DNA of 64,000 bases, from contig RDEW01000011.1 of assembly GCA_011109175.1 (NCBI GenBank), forward strand, positions 559,061 to 623,060, given 5' to 3'. The notes beneath the pieces were generated by a model, which worked only from the letters and a program-made list of their open reading frames with translations, made no database searches and was not told the origin of the DNA. The translations under genes were made by a program, and so were the position numbers. Numbering within the stretch: position 1 is the stretch's first letter; each line of letters starts with the position of its first letter. The DNA is from Dicyema japonicum (taxonomy: Eukaryota; Animalia; Dicyemida). Of the stretch, positions 23,896-37,469 are shown piece by piece.

Positions 23896-26000
23896 ATTGA
23901 GCCGGCGTGTAGCTTTCGCTCTCAAAGATCGGATTGGCTACTCCTAATCCTTGCTGGGGACATCGAACAGAACCCCAAGCCCCATAAAAACGGGAAATTC
24001 CTTAATATCATGAAATTCAACATAAACGGCCTCACAAAAATCAAATGAACTTTTTGCATTTTTAACTTCCCACAAAATTGATATTGCCATGCTACAGGAA
24101 ACGAAACTATCAAGAAAGTCAGCGCTTGCACACTACAAGGACTACTTAATTGTCCGCCGTGACCGACCGAATTCAAACAGAGGAGGCGGTGTTCTCATAC
24201 TCATACACAAATCTATTCCATTCTCCGATACTTCCGCTCAGACACAATCTCTGTTTGAAGATGACGATCACATCGAACTTACCTCTGTCTTGGTGAAAAT
24301 AAACCACACAATGTATACATTTGTAAATATTTACATCCCACCACCAAGTCCCAGTATGAAACATTACTCCCCAAAACTCCGAATTGCAATAGATTGAAAA
24401 TGTGATAATCTGCGGAGACATAAATGCAAAAGATCTCTCTGCTAATCGGCCAAAAGAGTAATGAGAGGGGGTTTCAGGTCCTCTCTCAACTAGAACAATT
24501 AGTTATCCTAATGACAGGAAATCACACACTCGAACAGATTCCAGATTTGGAGACTCTAATACATCATCCGATTTCACACTATGTTCTCCATCACTATCTT
24601 CGGCGATATCTTGGAGAATTGTATATGACCTACACTCGGACCATAATCTAATTCTACTGTCAATCGAACTACTCTCGCCTTTTGTTAGGCATCGGAAAAC
24701 TACAACGAATTACAAACGTGCAAAATGGGATTCATTCAGAGAAGAATCAGAAAAATTTCTATCCGACTTTTCCGTTGAGAATTTCAAATCACTTGACGCC
24801 GCAATGAAATTTTTTAATGAGGTCATCCTCAGTGCCTACAAAAATACATTCAAGAGGACTCATTGCAGACTATAGTCCCAATTTCACTAAGGAAATTATC
24901 GAAAAGATTCATACAAGACGTCGACTCAAAAAATCAAGAATTTATACGGCCGAACTATCCAACCTTAATACGAAATTACAGAATTAATCAACAAGGAAAT
25001 TGGACCGTTGGAACAATTTCATCACAAAAATTAACCACCGAACAAAACTAAAGGATCTTTGGGGCACTTTACGTGGAATTCAGTCGAAACAAAATAGAAT
25101 GGAGACAATCCACCACCAGTATTGACAAGAATCAAACACCACGTGATTTCACTCATCAGGCAGATGTCATAATGGACCACTACGCAAAAGTGAGTCACAT
25201 AGATATGAACAAATGCTCTCGTCCATGCAAATTGAAAAACGTTCAAATTCCTCAAGGAAAACCGATTGAAATCATTACGTCGGATGTCGAAAAACGTATC
25301 AAAAACGCCAAAAACTCTCCTGCCAAAGGGCTTGATGGAATCTGCATTCTGCATTTAAAGCACCTGAGAATGCAAGGACTCAAAGCAATAACAGACATAA
25401 TTTCTGTGTTCATAAACACCTGCAGAATTCCTGCACTATGGAAAAAATCCAAAATAATCGACCATGTAAATTGAAAGGTCGATGGCTACAATAACTCCAA
25501 TCCTTCCAACGTGCTACACTTGCATCAATTGACTTGACAAAGGGATTCGACTGAACGTCACGAAGCGCTCTCAGTAACGAAATTCTTGCGTCTCAAATTC
25601 CTCCTCACATTCAAAATTGACTAACAAATTTCATTTCTGTCAGACTTAGTCGGTCATAAATATCTTGTTTGTCACTTTCCCGATTCCCTCAAAATAGATT
25701 ACCCCAAGGATCCGTCTTATCCCTGTTTTGTTCAATTTGAATTTAAATGATCTTCGGCCAACTCCAAGACATTCCTTTTATGCGGATAACCTTATTATCT
25801 CCCCCAAAAATGATTACATCAACGAAGCAGCCAATAATGTCCAACATCACTTGAATTTTCTCGAAAACTGGTTTGGTGTAAATCATCTTTCTCCGTTGAA
25901 GTTTACCGTTACTCTATTCACCTCCAACCGTCACCTGTTAAATTTTCAGAAACGCGTCTCCTTTTACTTTCAATATACAGAAATTCCAGGGATATAATCA
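23896..26000 (+). mobile_element. Decayed APE-RT LINE with an N-terminal 2A-like peptide
   Basis: WLLLILAGDIEQNPKP, then LNIMKFNINGL, MLQETKL, GGGVLILIH, VNIYIPP (APE), then RT fragments (KGLDGI..HLK, PQGSVL, YADNL). Confidence 0.8.
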
Positions 26001-26717
26001 ATCGATCAACAAAATGATATTGATTTGAAATAAAAATTAACGATTTATCGATTTTATAAAGTTCCCCAGTGAAAGATTTTGTTATTTAATTAAAAATATA
26101 TTTGATGTTCAGTTCAACCTTCTCTAAAATGATGAACATCAAATGACAATCACCTCAGTGCCTTATGCATAATTATGATGTTCTGGTTAAAAATAAAATT
26201 CTCATTTCCTTTGAGGCCACTGGCCACTTTATAAATAATCAGTTTGGCCTCAGATATTCAAATCAATAGAATAAATTGATTCAAAAGATTTTATAATCTC
26301 GGGGTCGGACTATATAAATTGATTTCAAATACTCCCATGCTCTTACTTACTCCCATGACGCGACAACACTTTAGCGTACTAAAAGTGTTTTTTTCATTTA
26401 ATTTCTTTATATATCTCCTGTTCATATTCGAACTTAAATCTGATAATTAAGAACTCCAATTTAATACAAAAAATATAATTTCTTCAAAATAGTCTCTTCG
26501 AAGTACTAAGCGCATTAAAGGATGTTCGTTTTTATCAGTGTCGCATCCACTTGTCGCTCTCGATCCCTTAAATTTTTTACTTAATTAGGTTTTCTTCTTT
26601 GAATCGGAAATTATTAAAATAATAATCAACTTAACCTTCTTTGCAGAAATTTTAAAAAATCTTTATTCTCAGAACCACTTTTTGCTCAAATGTTGTTTTT
26701 CCATACAATTCACTTGC

Positions 26718-26780
26718 ACTGCTGAGGGAATTTCGTCTCAACCCTGAAAGGGAATAGCCACGCAGTCAGGACGGTTATTT
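26718..26780 (+). repeat. Dispersed structured motif, long form (diverged)
   Basis: GAGGGAATTTCGTCTCAACCCTGAAAGGGAATAGCCACGCAGTCAGG. Confidence 0.6.
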
Positions 26781-27339
26781 TATGACTCTCGGATTGATTG
26801 TTCCTTAATGTAATAAATAAACTGATTTATGATTCTCTTAAAGACTTCATTTTTATTTAAACTTCAGGTACCTCTAGTTTCAGATTTCAAAATAACTCCC
26901 TTGAACACGAAGAATTTCCTTATTTACCAATGTTGATTTTCTCGAATTCAAGAAAATTCTCTAGTCGACGCAATAATGTTCCTTTGGGTAGAATTTTAGT
27001 TGGATGTGATCCCCTTGCCTGGGAGATTTAATTTTATTATAGAAAACATATTTATGCGATACTGTATGTGGTACCTCGCATATTTAAAGTCAAAATATCG
27101 GAATCGACAAAATATTGTATATTTCGAGATTAAAAATTTGGAGTTACAGAAAATTTTAACTAAATTTTGAAATCTCTGCGAAAAAAAGGTTGAAAACACC
27201 GAATGAACGTACATTTGAATTACAGGAAAGCCTGGAGAATTTCAACATTCTTATTTCCAGGATTATTGAAAAAAATTGTGAATATAAAATTCGATAACAT
27301 TGAATTGAAATAAGCTTTCTTACCCGTCAGATTTTGGGG

Positions 27340-27790
27340 AATCGGCCTAACTTCTGTTGTGGACGTTTCCTTACCATCCTTCATGTCCTCTATCGTGCAT
27401 CGCGTTTCTCATCCGGACCATTCTTTAAGATTTCTGCGAATCGGATTCATACCCATTCGTCGTAAAATACCTGGGAAACATAGTAGGGACCTTCTCACAG
27501 TCATTCGCAAGGGAATTCAGTTTGAAAATATAACTGACAATGTCTACAGTATGCTCCAAGATTATGGAAATCTCGAACTTGTGGCTACCAAAGTCCGATT
27601 TCCCAGACTTTCAATAATATTGATCAACGCATATCCCCGGCCTTTGAGTTTCTTCTCCTCCTGTGCTTCCAGATTCATTCCTTTCACATCACTGAAAAAT
27701 GTGATTATCTGTCGTGACTTCAATGCAAAGCATCCATTATGGTTTACAGGACAAGCCCATTACATATGGGCAGCCTGTTACATTAACCTT
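27340..27790 (+). mobile_element. LINE APE endonuclease fragment
   Basis: LLTVIRKGI...LELVATKV...IILINAYPRP...VIICRDFNAKHPLW. Confidence 0.7.
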
Positions 27791-28013
27791 GAACCAAGAT
27801 TAACTTCAATTAATTTTATAAATGATTTATTAACCACAAAAAATTAAATTTAAGTAAGTTTTTTAGTCTACTCATTAATACAGTCGATATTTCTCCTTTC
27901 GAATTTTTTATCTATCAAATTAAAACTATTTAAAACTACCTCCACGCGATTATTTGATAAAAAATTAATTATTTCTGCAACTGGATAATACTGAGACTCA
28001 AACTTTTAATTTA

Positions 28014-28814
28014 CACTCAATCCCATAAATGTTGACCCAATTCCCATAAATGATGAGCCAATTCTCATAAATGATGTCCAAGTTATATATATTATACTAA
28101 TTAAATAATTTAGGAAAAAAGTATTTTATTCAATTAATCTGTTATTAATTCCATTTACCTTTTCCCAAAAACTGTTGTAATATGAGGACAAATTCTCGGA
28201 TTCGAGACCACTCATAACAAATCCGATATTTGTTAGCAATTCTCCTCTTACAGTTGCTCTTGGTCTAATTACATTTAGGCGAGATTTCACACAAGAAAAA
28301 AAGTTTTCAATTGAGTTTAGGTCAGGTGAATAAGGGGGTAAATAAACATTTGTAACACTTTTCCTAATAAAGAAGTCTTTAATTTCATCACAATGATTCA
28401 CTGAAAGTTTTTCTTGAAGACCAACTTGTGTCAGCAAGTTGTCATTTCCAAAAATAGATCTCATTTCGACATTCAACATTTCTTTATCTTTCTTTTTTCG
28501 GCCTACTGTCTTGTAAAGATCACCGAAAGTAGGATCCTCGAGTTCACAGCTTTCGATCTTTTGTATACACCTGTTCAAACTCTTTTTGCTGATCGAGGTG
28601 ATCTCAATCAACTCTTCTTTTGTTTTAACTTTATAAAGTCTTTTAATTTGATTAAATAGACTTTCGTTCATAAAAACCTTGCGACTTCTCATATCTGTAT
28701 TAGTTGATACCATAATAGGGGAAATTAAAATATAGATTTACTCGTGTATTATTTATATATATAACTTGGAACATCATTTACGGGAATTGGGGTCATCATT
28801 TATGGGATTGAGTG
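28014..28814 (-). mobile_element. Non-autonomous IS630/Tc1-family element with an in-frame internal deletion
   Basis: TIRs start CACTCAATCCCATAAAT with TA TSDs (28012-28013, 28815-28816) and repeated CCCATAAATGATG subunits. ORF 28126-28713 joins an HTH region to YLPPYSPDLNSIENFF. Confidence 0.9.
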
Positions 28815-29099
28815 TATCAAAGCCACTTTTTTCACTGTTATCCAGCATTTTTGACAACTTCTTAGTGATCGTCTGATTAAATCTTTCGACAATTCCTTTT
28901 GCTTTTATCATGCAAAAATCATGCAAAGCATCTTTTAAAGTTTGTTATTCAACGCAATCTTTCACAAAACCCTTGTAAGAAGCCATTCCAACAAAATAGT
29001 CTTCCATGCTATAAATCACGCTAGAAATCTAGGTTTACCGCTATAAAAAATAAAATCTTTATAATCATAACATTTATGAATAAAAAACTAATTTAAGGA

Positions 29100-32000
29100 A
29101 ACGGAAAAATTTTTATTAGGCAAAAACAAGTAGTTAGAAATTAGGGAAGAACTAGACTAAGTACCCTTTCACCGCCTTGTGGCAGCGTTTTCGTGGCATC
29201 ACTTTCGTCTTCCCCGTGCCTCCTTCTTTAATTTATTTTCAAGATCTTTTTAATAACATCCTCCGGGTCCTTAAAATCCGGATATCCTCTTTCGGGCAGC
29301 GGCGCTCTATAAGACAATCCTAGGGAATACCGTATTGCCCGCCGCCGAACCTTCCTCAAGTTGGTGAGGCACTTTTCGCGTTCCTCACTGCAATACCAAG
29401 AGTGCGCACCATAAGTGAGCATAGGCAGCACATGGCGTTTGAACACTTTGGCCCAGGCATCGCGACTCAGCTGAAAAGCCCTCAACGCTCCTAGTCTTTG
29501 CACAGCCCGCCTCTTAACGAGGGCGGTGTGCTCCTCAAATCTACACTTGGAGTTGAATGTCACTCCAAGGTAGCTTGTCCGCCCAGTAACCTCTATAGGT
29601 ACCCCATAGATGGTTACTCTAGGTATTAAATTATTAGACCGCTTAGGGCGGCCAAAAACTAACAACTTGCATTTCTCAGGTCTTAGCCTAAGTCCTCTGC
29701 TCCCACACCAGCGTATGATTTCATTGACAGCTACTTGAATCCTCCGACACGCTACATCTGGTTTCCACGAGTGATCCCAGAGTACTATGTCGTCCGCATA
29801 GACAGCCATCTCCGTCCTCACATTGGCGGGTGGGGAGTGTAGACATGTATATGTTAAAAGGGTGGGGCTCAAAACCGACCCTTGTGGAACCCCGGTTAGA
29901 TCTAAACAAACTAGATCGGCAACCTTTATGCCTTACGTAGTTCATCCGATCCTCTAAGAAGCTTGATAACCAGCTCCTTAGTTCCAGAGAAATTCCTCCT
30001 TCTACAAGGGCGCATCGGAGGCCGTCATGCCAGACCGAGTCGAACGCCCTCTCCACATCCAGGAACAGCGCGGCTGTGCACTGTTTTTTACTCCTTTCAC
30101 GAATCTGAGAGCTCAACCTCCAAAGGCAGTCCCCACAGGAACGCCCCTCACGGAATCCCATCTGAAGGTCCGAGAGGGTGTCTTTTATTATGCATTCCTG
30201 GGTTAACCTCTGGTGTATCACTCTCTCTAAGATTTTAGCAACGGCAGGTAACAAGCTTATAGGGCGGTAGCTACTAGGGTCTTCAGGAGGTTTTCCTGGT
30301 TTCCTTACAAAAACCAGTTCCGCTTCCTTCCAACGCCTAGGAACGTAACCCAACCTGTAGCTACCGTTGTACAACCTCACCAAGGTCTTCAACAGACTTC
30401 CAGGTCCTTTCTTGAACAGGGCCATGGGGATCTTGTCCTGGCCCGGTGCGTTGTCCTTTGATTTTATGATCGCGGCCCGGACCTCCTCCTCAGTGATGTA
30501 CGCCATCTTCGGACTCCCCCGAGAGTGGCTCAATTTTCGTCTCTCCGTAGAGATGACGTCTCTATACTTCGTCGAGCTGTTAACTCGACAAAGTTCTCTG
30601 GTCGAACTGCAGTAACTGCCCTAAAGCTACCTGCAAAGATGCTCGCTATTTCAGCCGGGTCAGAGGTTTTAGAACCGTCCGCACGACACAGGGTACGCGC
30701 AGATGACTCCAGAAGTCCGGCCATTCGGGGTTCACCCTCTCGCAGGCCCTCCACCATTTATCGCTCTGGAAGTCAACGAGCGCCTTCCTGATTTCCTTTC
30801 TCAAGGAATTTACCTTCTTCTGGTAGAAGATCCGGTTCTCCTCATACGTGCCCCTCGCTTTGAACCGCAGGTACCTCTTTCTAAGTGTTATTTACTTAAA
30901 ATCAGGCCTGGAATCGTGCGGAGCCTTCACCATGCGGACGTAACCGGAAGTTAGTCCGCATGTATTCCTCGAGGATACCACCCAGGGTGGCATCCAATTC
31001 CTCCACCTACGCTTCACTACAAACTTGCCCTTTGAGAGAAGGGAGTTTTCTATCCATGAACGACTCCAGGTTATCCCAAGTGCAAGAGCCCAAATCATAG
31101 CCAATTGGGGCCTGAGGTCGAACAGGTTCGTGAAGCTCGGTGAGTAGGGGACGGTGATCACTTCCGATGTCCCTAAGAACACGAGGTACGGAGAGCATAC
31201 CAATTAATGAAGGGGAGGCTACGGCCATACCCAAGAAGTCCTCTCCTCCTCGTGTGTCTTTGTGATTGGGGTCAGTCGATGTAGTGACTGAGAGTCCGAG
31301 ATTCCAGCTAATTCCCGGAGTGCTGATCCAGCCTATTATTAACAAAACAGCCAAAATCTGAATACTTAGCATTCAGATCACCAAAAATAACGCAGTGGGG
31401 ATATATGTCAAAGGCAGTTTTAATGTGGTCCTTACACAACCACAACTGCTTGGCATACATTGCCCCTATAACAACGCTAAAGCTAGATAATCTAATTTGT
31501 AAAAATATTAACTCGCAATGAGGACAATTTGAAATACCTTGGACGACTGCTGCTAGACTCGTCCTCCAATAGATACTAGTGCCCGAACCTCTATGTGTGT
31601 CATTCCACAAGAGATGACAACTAGTATAGCCTTTAAAGTCTGCAGCAGCCGTATCCTTACACTTGGTCTCGTTGAGGACCAAGATGTCCACCTCCAGGGA
31701 GTCCAGAAGATCCTCGATGGCCTTCCTTCTTCTCCGGAGGGACCTAACATTAACTGAAATGATGTGTAACATCACTTCAGCGCACTTACCTTCCTATCGC
31801 AGAGCGCAATGTCCCTAAGCGCATTAGGGAACGTTGAACCTGTGCTGCTACAGTATCGACTTACCACGCGGTGGACAGCGCTTACATCACTGACCACTCC
31901 AGAGGAGGGCGCCTGCCTTCTCCCCTGTGGTACCTTCTCCGTCGCCTCCTGATACAGGGGGCACTTGGTATGGCTCGCCCTGTGTCCCTCCAAGCCACAG

Positions 32001-33340
32001 TTCACGCACTTGAGAGACCTGACTCTGGATTGACAGGCCTTCCGTGAATGTGGACCCCCGCAATTTAGGCACTTCTCTTTATAAGTGCAGCGGGAGCTGG
32101 TGTGGCCGAATCCCTGGCATCTGTAACACTGGGTTGCTACCGGTCGCTCTCGGGCCACACCAAACCTAAAGTAACCTATTTTTAACTTCTCCAAGCAGAT
32201 CCTTTCTGCTTCTGCTCCGGATCTTATTCAGAACTTGAGAGTCCGTAGCCTCTGACTCCCACTTTTGAAGCGCTCGATCTTGTGCGCCGTGGAGTAGTCC
32301 TTTTTGATGAACTCTAGTACATCCTCATCAACAAAGTCCAGAGGGACCCGAAGACTAGTACAATCGAGTCCGTTACCTTGGGAATGACCCGAGACATGTT
32401 ATGTGCCCCGGGCCCAAAAGGTACCTTCTTATTCACCTCAGCTTCAAAAACTGAGGCGTCCACGTCGTTTCTGAATCCCACCAACAAGTGGGATTCTCCA
32501 CGTCTGACGATCCTTCCTTTTGCATAGGTAGCCAGAGTACCTATGCCACATAGGAGTTTAACCACTCCTATCTTCGGCACCTCTAGCAGAACTAGTGTAG
32601 TTAGTCCTCCGAATACCTGTTCTTTCTTCTTTTCTTTCGGCACGTGCGCTCTGGATTGATTCGAGCCTGCAAAATGCTTTTTAGGGCACTTTGCGGTTTC
32701 TGGAGCAGAATCACGCACGTTCTGCGGATTGGCAGAAACCGCAGACTTCCTCTTTCTCCCTACTGTATTCCAGCCTACAGTCATCGGGAGATGGTCCTCT
32801 TGTCGTCCTTCGTCGAGGGCAGGCACAGCCTGTTGGACCGCTGGCTGTGTGACGGATTCAACCCTGCACTCGTTCTCGGTCCTTGATCCATTTCAAGAGG
32901 TTGAGTCTTGCTCTCAACCTCCATCCTCCTCGTTGCAGGCACAGCTTGTTCAACCGCTAGCTGTGCTGGATTTCCTTGCTGTGTATGAAGAAGGCCTGGT
33001 CTTTTTCCATGTCCCTTGATCCATTACAGGAGGCTGAGTCTTGCTCTCAACCTCCATCCTCCGCGTTGCAGGCACAGCTTGTTCAACCGCTAGCTGTGTG
33101 GAGATGTCCGCTACAGTGTGGAAAGCAGCCCTGCCATCGATCCCCATGTTTACTCTGAAAGCCAGAAGGATCGAGTCGCGAACGACCCTCCTGAGCTTCT
33201 CAATACCTCGGACTCCTCTAAAATATAGTCCAATAGTGGCTTATTTTCGAAGAACGACCACAATTCTATAGTCGCGAACGACCACAATTCTATAGAAATT
33301 CCATGGGTCGAAGGTGCAGAAGCTGGTACTGGAACCACAT
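29100..33340 (-). mobile_element. Near full-length Jockey/I-group LINE (ORF1 gag-like, ORF2 APE-RT), frameshifted
   Basis: ORF1 has three CCHC-type knuckles (31772-32194). ORF2 runs from ISVNVRSL..LNETK..GDLNAK..SDHRP (APE) through YRPISLLP..QMGFREGRS..FLDVERAFDSVWH..YADD (RT). AATAAA near 29118. Ends approximate. Confidence 0.88.
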
Positions 33341-33349
33341 TGTTCTACA

Positions 33350-35750
33350 GTGAAGTTCTACAGATACGTGAGCCAAAAATTATTATGAATTTGTTTCCGT
33401 CGAGGTGAGATGCTGTGGCCGTTGGATTCACATCGGTGGAATGTATTCAAAAGACCTTAGAAAGTGTTTGAAGAATTCTTCACAAGAAATGATTTCTATC
33501 CTAGTGGGTGATCTAAATGCCAAGAACATTAAATATGGATGCCTCGGTACTAACGATGATGGAATCAGACTAAGGAAATTGAGTGATAAAACTGGCTTTG
33601 AGATTTTGACATCGGAAAAACCGAATCATTACTCGCACTACGGGGGAGACATGCTTGGGGTGTTCCTGGTGTCACCACTGCTCTACACTTATGTAGAGTA
33701 GCCGATGATCATGTGAGACATCGGGAGTGACCATATACCCCAAGAGATGTTATTGAACCTAGCTCCAGAGTTCATGGACTCTGTGTTTACAGGTTACGAC
33801 CTAACAAGAGTAAACTGGGGACACTACAGAAGGTACATATCAAGAAACCTCAAAGACTGGAAGGATAAAGATTATTCCCGAAGTGATATCGACATCATAG
33901 ACAATGAACTCTCCATCATGATGGAGACATACTTAATGCATTACGCAAGAGGAGATCCTCAAGTACCAATCATGGAGAGAGCATAAGTCTTTCGCGTTCC
34001 ACATTATTTTTGATCAATGAAAGGAATTGCCTGAGGACCAAACTCAGAAGATGTGTGGACTGGATAGACCGGATTACACTGACTGGACAATTAAAGATAA
34101 TCAAGAAAGCCATTGAAGAAGAAACAAGACTATCTCAAGAACAATGTTTGAGGGTAGAGGCAAGCAAACTAAACACCAAAGACCCCTCGTTCTGGAAGTT
34201 CTAAAAAAGAATAACTGGCCAGAAAAAGAATGACATAAAAATCTCCTTGACCAAGCCAGAAGGTGGACTGTGTTCTATGGAAGAAGCCCCAGATATTTTT
34301 AAGAAACGACTAGACCACATTCAGAGGGTCAACCCGATGGAGCTTATTCCGAGGGGATGTTAGATTCTTCACGTGAAATTTTTACCTACTGTTTGGACGA
34401 TCTCAAAGATACTGAAATGAAAATAACTACAGCAGAAGTCATGACTGCAATCATGAAAAGCAAGATTAACGCTCCTTGATTTGACCATCTAAGGATGAGA
34501 TTGTTCAAGGAAGCCCCAGAGGCTCTATTTCCCATACTGAAGAATTTATTCGATGCAAGTATTCATCATGGTCATGTCCCAAAACGCTGGAAATTTTCTA
34601 TTGTCAGAATGATACTGAAACCGTGAAAATCGAGGAGGGACCCACTCAGCCATGGGCCAATAAGCCTCATCTGTTCGATCTCCAAGATTATCGAACGAAT
34701 TATCCTCAGAAAGCTTAACAACCACGTAGAAAAGAGTGGTTTTCTCCTATCAGAACAATGGGCTTCAAACCTGGAAATCCATGCACAGACTGCATCTACC
34801 AGATGCATTCAATGGTATTGAGAGGTCTGGAATTCAAAGGACTAGTCAACCTGGTATGTTTGGATCTGTCCAAGGCTTTTGATAGTGTGTGGCACGAAGC
34901 CCTCCTATCAAGGCTAGCAGCTGCTGATATCAAAAAAACTTTCATGTGGATAAGGACTTCCTAACAGGACGGATTTCCCAAGTACGTGTTGGAGCAATAT
35001 GTCAAAAGATATCATACTGAAGAGGGGAGTTCCTGGTTCGTCTGAGTCCATTTCTGTTCAACATATTCTTGTCAGACTTCCAACTCCACCGGATATGAAC
35101 ACCAGATTATTGATATACGCGATGATATTCTGATCACGGATACATCTGGAAATCAACTCTCTCGGAAAAAAGAATCATGTCATTCATTGGACAAGTACAG
35201 GACTGGTGCACAAAAGAGGGATAAGATTGTCACTGAAAGTCCAGCTCTCTATGAGTCAGTCGCCTAAAGAGGCATCAGACGCAGCCTTACTCACTAGAGA
35301 TTCCTAAAGTAAATTCACTGCGCTACCTCGGGATAGTAATCGAAGGGAATGGTTCCTTCATGGAGGACATTAGACAAAGAAGGAAGAAGGCGCTTCAAGC
35401 ACTCTTATGCAAAGAAAGTTGTTTGTAAGCCTGGAAACCTTCTTGTTCATCTTCATGAGAATCATTCTTCCGGACTGCTATATGGATGCGAAGCATGGTT
35501 TTCTCTTGCCAAAGAGAAATAATTATGTTACTCATGGAAAAAACCAGAAGGTCGGCAATAAAGTTGGCTTTGGGGAAAAGCCTTTTTGATGCTCTCAGTA
35601 CTGAAGAAGACAAGATTCTAACACCTGTAAAAAATATAGTAGAGAAAAGGATCGATGGAATCCAACGATAGAAGGAGACTAAATAGAGACGGGGTGCATC
35701 GGAAGTGTCCAGGCCGCATAGGGGACACGTTTAAATACCCTTAAACTAAC
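33350..35750 (+). mobile_element. Degenerate APE-RT LINE
   Basis: VGDLNAKN, SDH-like motif, PISLICSISKIIERI, CLDLSKAFDSVWHEAL. Many stops and frameshifts. Confidence 0.8.
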
Positions 35751-35759
35751 TCCTTATTC

Positions 35760-37462
35760 ACTGTGGAATAAATTGGTTTCAGTTTCAGAAAATCGAAAAC
35801 TAAAAGATGCAAAGAAAACGATTACGTTGCGAATTGTCTTTAAAGAAGAAAATTCAAATAATAAATGAATCGAACCAAACACCTAAGCCGACACAAAAAT
35901 TTCTCAGCAAGAAGTATGGAGTTGGATGCAGCACTGTATCAGACATACTTAAAAAGGCTGATATTTATTTGGAATTATTCAATAACAACGCAAATTCTGC
36001 TAAAAAACGTTTTGACAACAACTGCAAATTTGAAAATTTGAATAAAATCACTTGGGAGTGGTTCCAGATAGCACGTTCCAAAAACTTTTGTTTGTCAGGA
36101 CCAATTATTATCGCAAAGCTACAGAGCTTGCTAAAGCACTGGGCGAAAATGATTTTAAAGCTTCCACTGGCTGGTTATGCAGGTGGAAGTCCCGTTACTC
36201 AATCCAGTCGTACTGTATCAGTGGTGAAAAAGCAAATGTTGACAGTGATGTTGTTTCTGACTGGATGAAACGTGTACCTTTTCTAATTGAGGGATATCGA
36301 CCAGAGGATATATTTAACTGCGACGAAACCGGACTATTCTATCGTGCCCTTCCTGATAAAGCACTATCAGTAAGAGGTAATCATCACAGTGGATCAAAGA
36401 AGTCGAAGGAACGTCTTACTGTAATGCTTGCATGCAGTTCGACAGGAGAAAAGCTAAAGCCAATTGTAATTGACAAGTCTCGAAAACCCCGATGTTTAAA
36501 GAATATTAATCTGAATGAGTTACCTGTTATTTACTGCTTCAACGTTACAGCCTGGATGACATCGAAATTGTTTACAAAATGGTTGCAATATGTGAACATG
36601 CAGATGATGCGCCAGAAACGAAAAATTATTATGTTTTTGAATAATGCTGCATCACATTCACTAAACGTGAATTTTCCAAAGTGGAACTCAATTTTTCCAG
36701 CTAACACAACGAGTGTCATACAGCCTCTGGATCAAGGAATTATTCGGTCATTTAAAGAAAGATACAGAAGACTACAAATGACTCAACTTCTTGCCAAAAT
36801 GGACACAGAAACCAATGCGACACCACTTGCAAAAAATTCTCTCTTGGATGCTATCCGGTGGATTAGCACAGCTTGGATGGACGTGAAATCAAACACAATC
36901 TCCCTCTGCTTTAATAAGTGTGGCATTCCAGTCAAAATATGATATAAACGACAATCCTGAAAACAATTTACTGTTCATACTCCTCATGAATAGACTAGTC
37001 GATAATCCAATGACAGAAGAAGAATTTGTCAACGTAGACTTGGAACTACCCACTGAAAATCCCAAAGATTGGGAATCATCCCTAGTTGAGCAATACCAAA
37101 CAGTCTCAGCTTCTAAAGATAATGACAGTGACTCAGATTCTGATAAGCAAACAGAGCCAAAACATATAGAGAAATTAACACGCACAAATGTTCAACAAAT
37201 GCTAGACCAAATCTGCCACTTTGCTTGCACTCAAGACCCTGCATTACTCGACCCCGTCAACAGACTGATCTATCTGAACAATAAAGCGATTGCTGAGTCG
37301 AAGCTAAATACGAGGCAATCCTTATTGACAGATTTTATTAATTTTACTGTTTCACTTTTTCGTTATAAGTAAATTTAATGACTTGTTCAATATACCGGCC
37401 TCCCCTCTATACCGGACAATTATGTCGGTCCCGAGAGGAATCGGTTTAGAGGCGTTTGACTG
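35760..37462 (+). mobile_element. pogo/Tigger transposon (CENP-B HTH plus DDE_1), frameshifted; left TIR not seen
   Basis: ORFs 35807-36268, 36052-36942 (IFNCDETGLFYRALP..QPLDQGIIRSFK) and 36920-37372. The right terminus ends TTTGACTG|TA at 37462. Confidence 0.88.
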
Positions 37463-37469
37463 TAATCTA

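Noticed and set aside
29963-33271. Several plus-strand ORFs (29963, 30367, 30525, 30703, 32644, 32729, 33041)
   Set aside because: Antisense shadows of the GC-richer minus-strand LINE with no recognisable domains.
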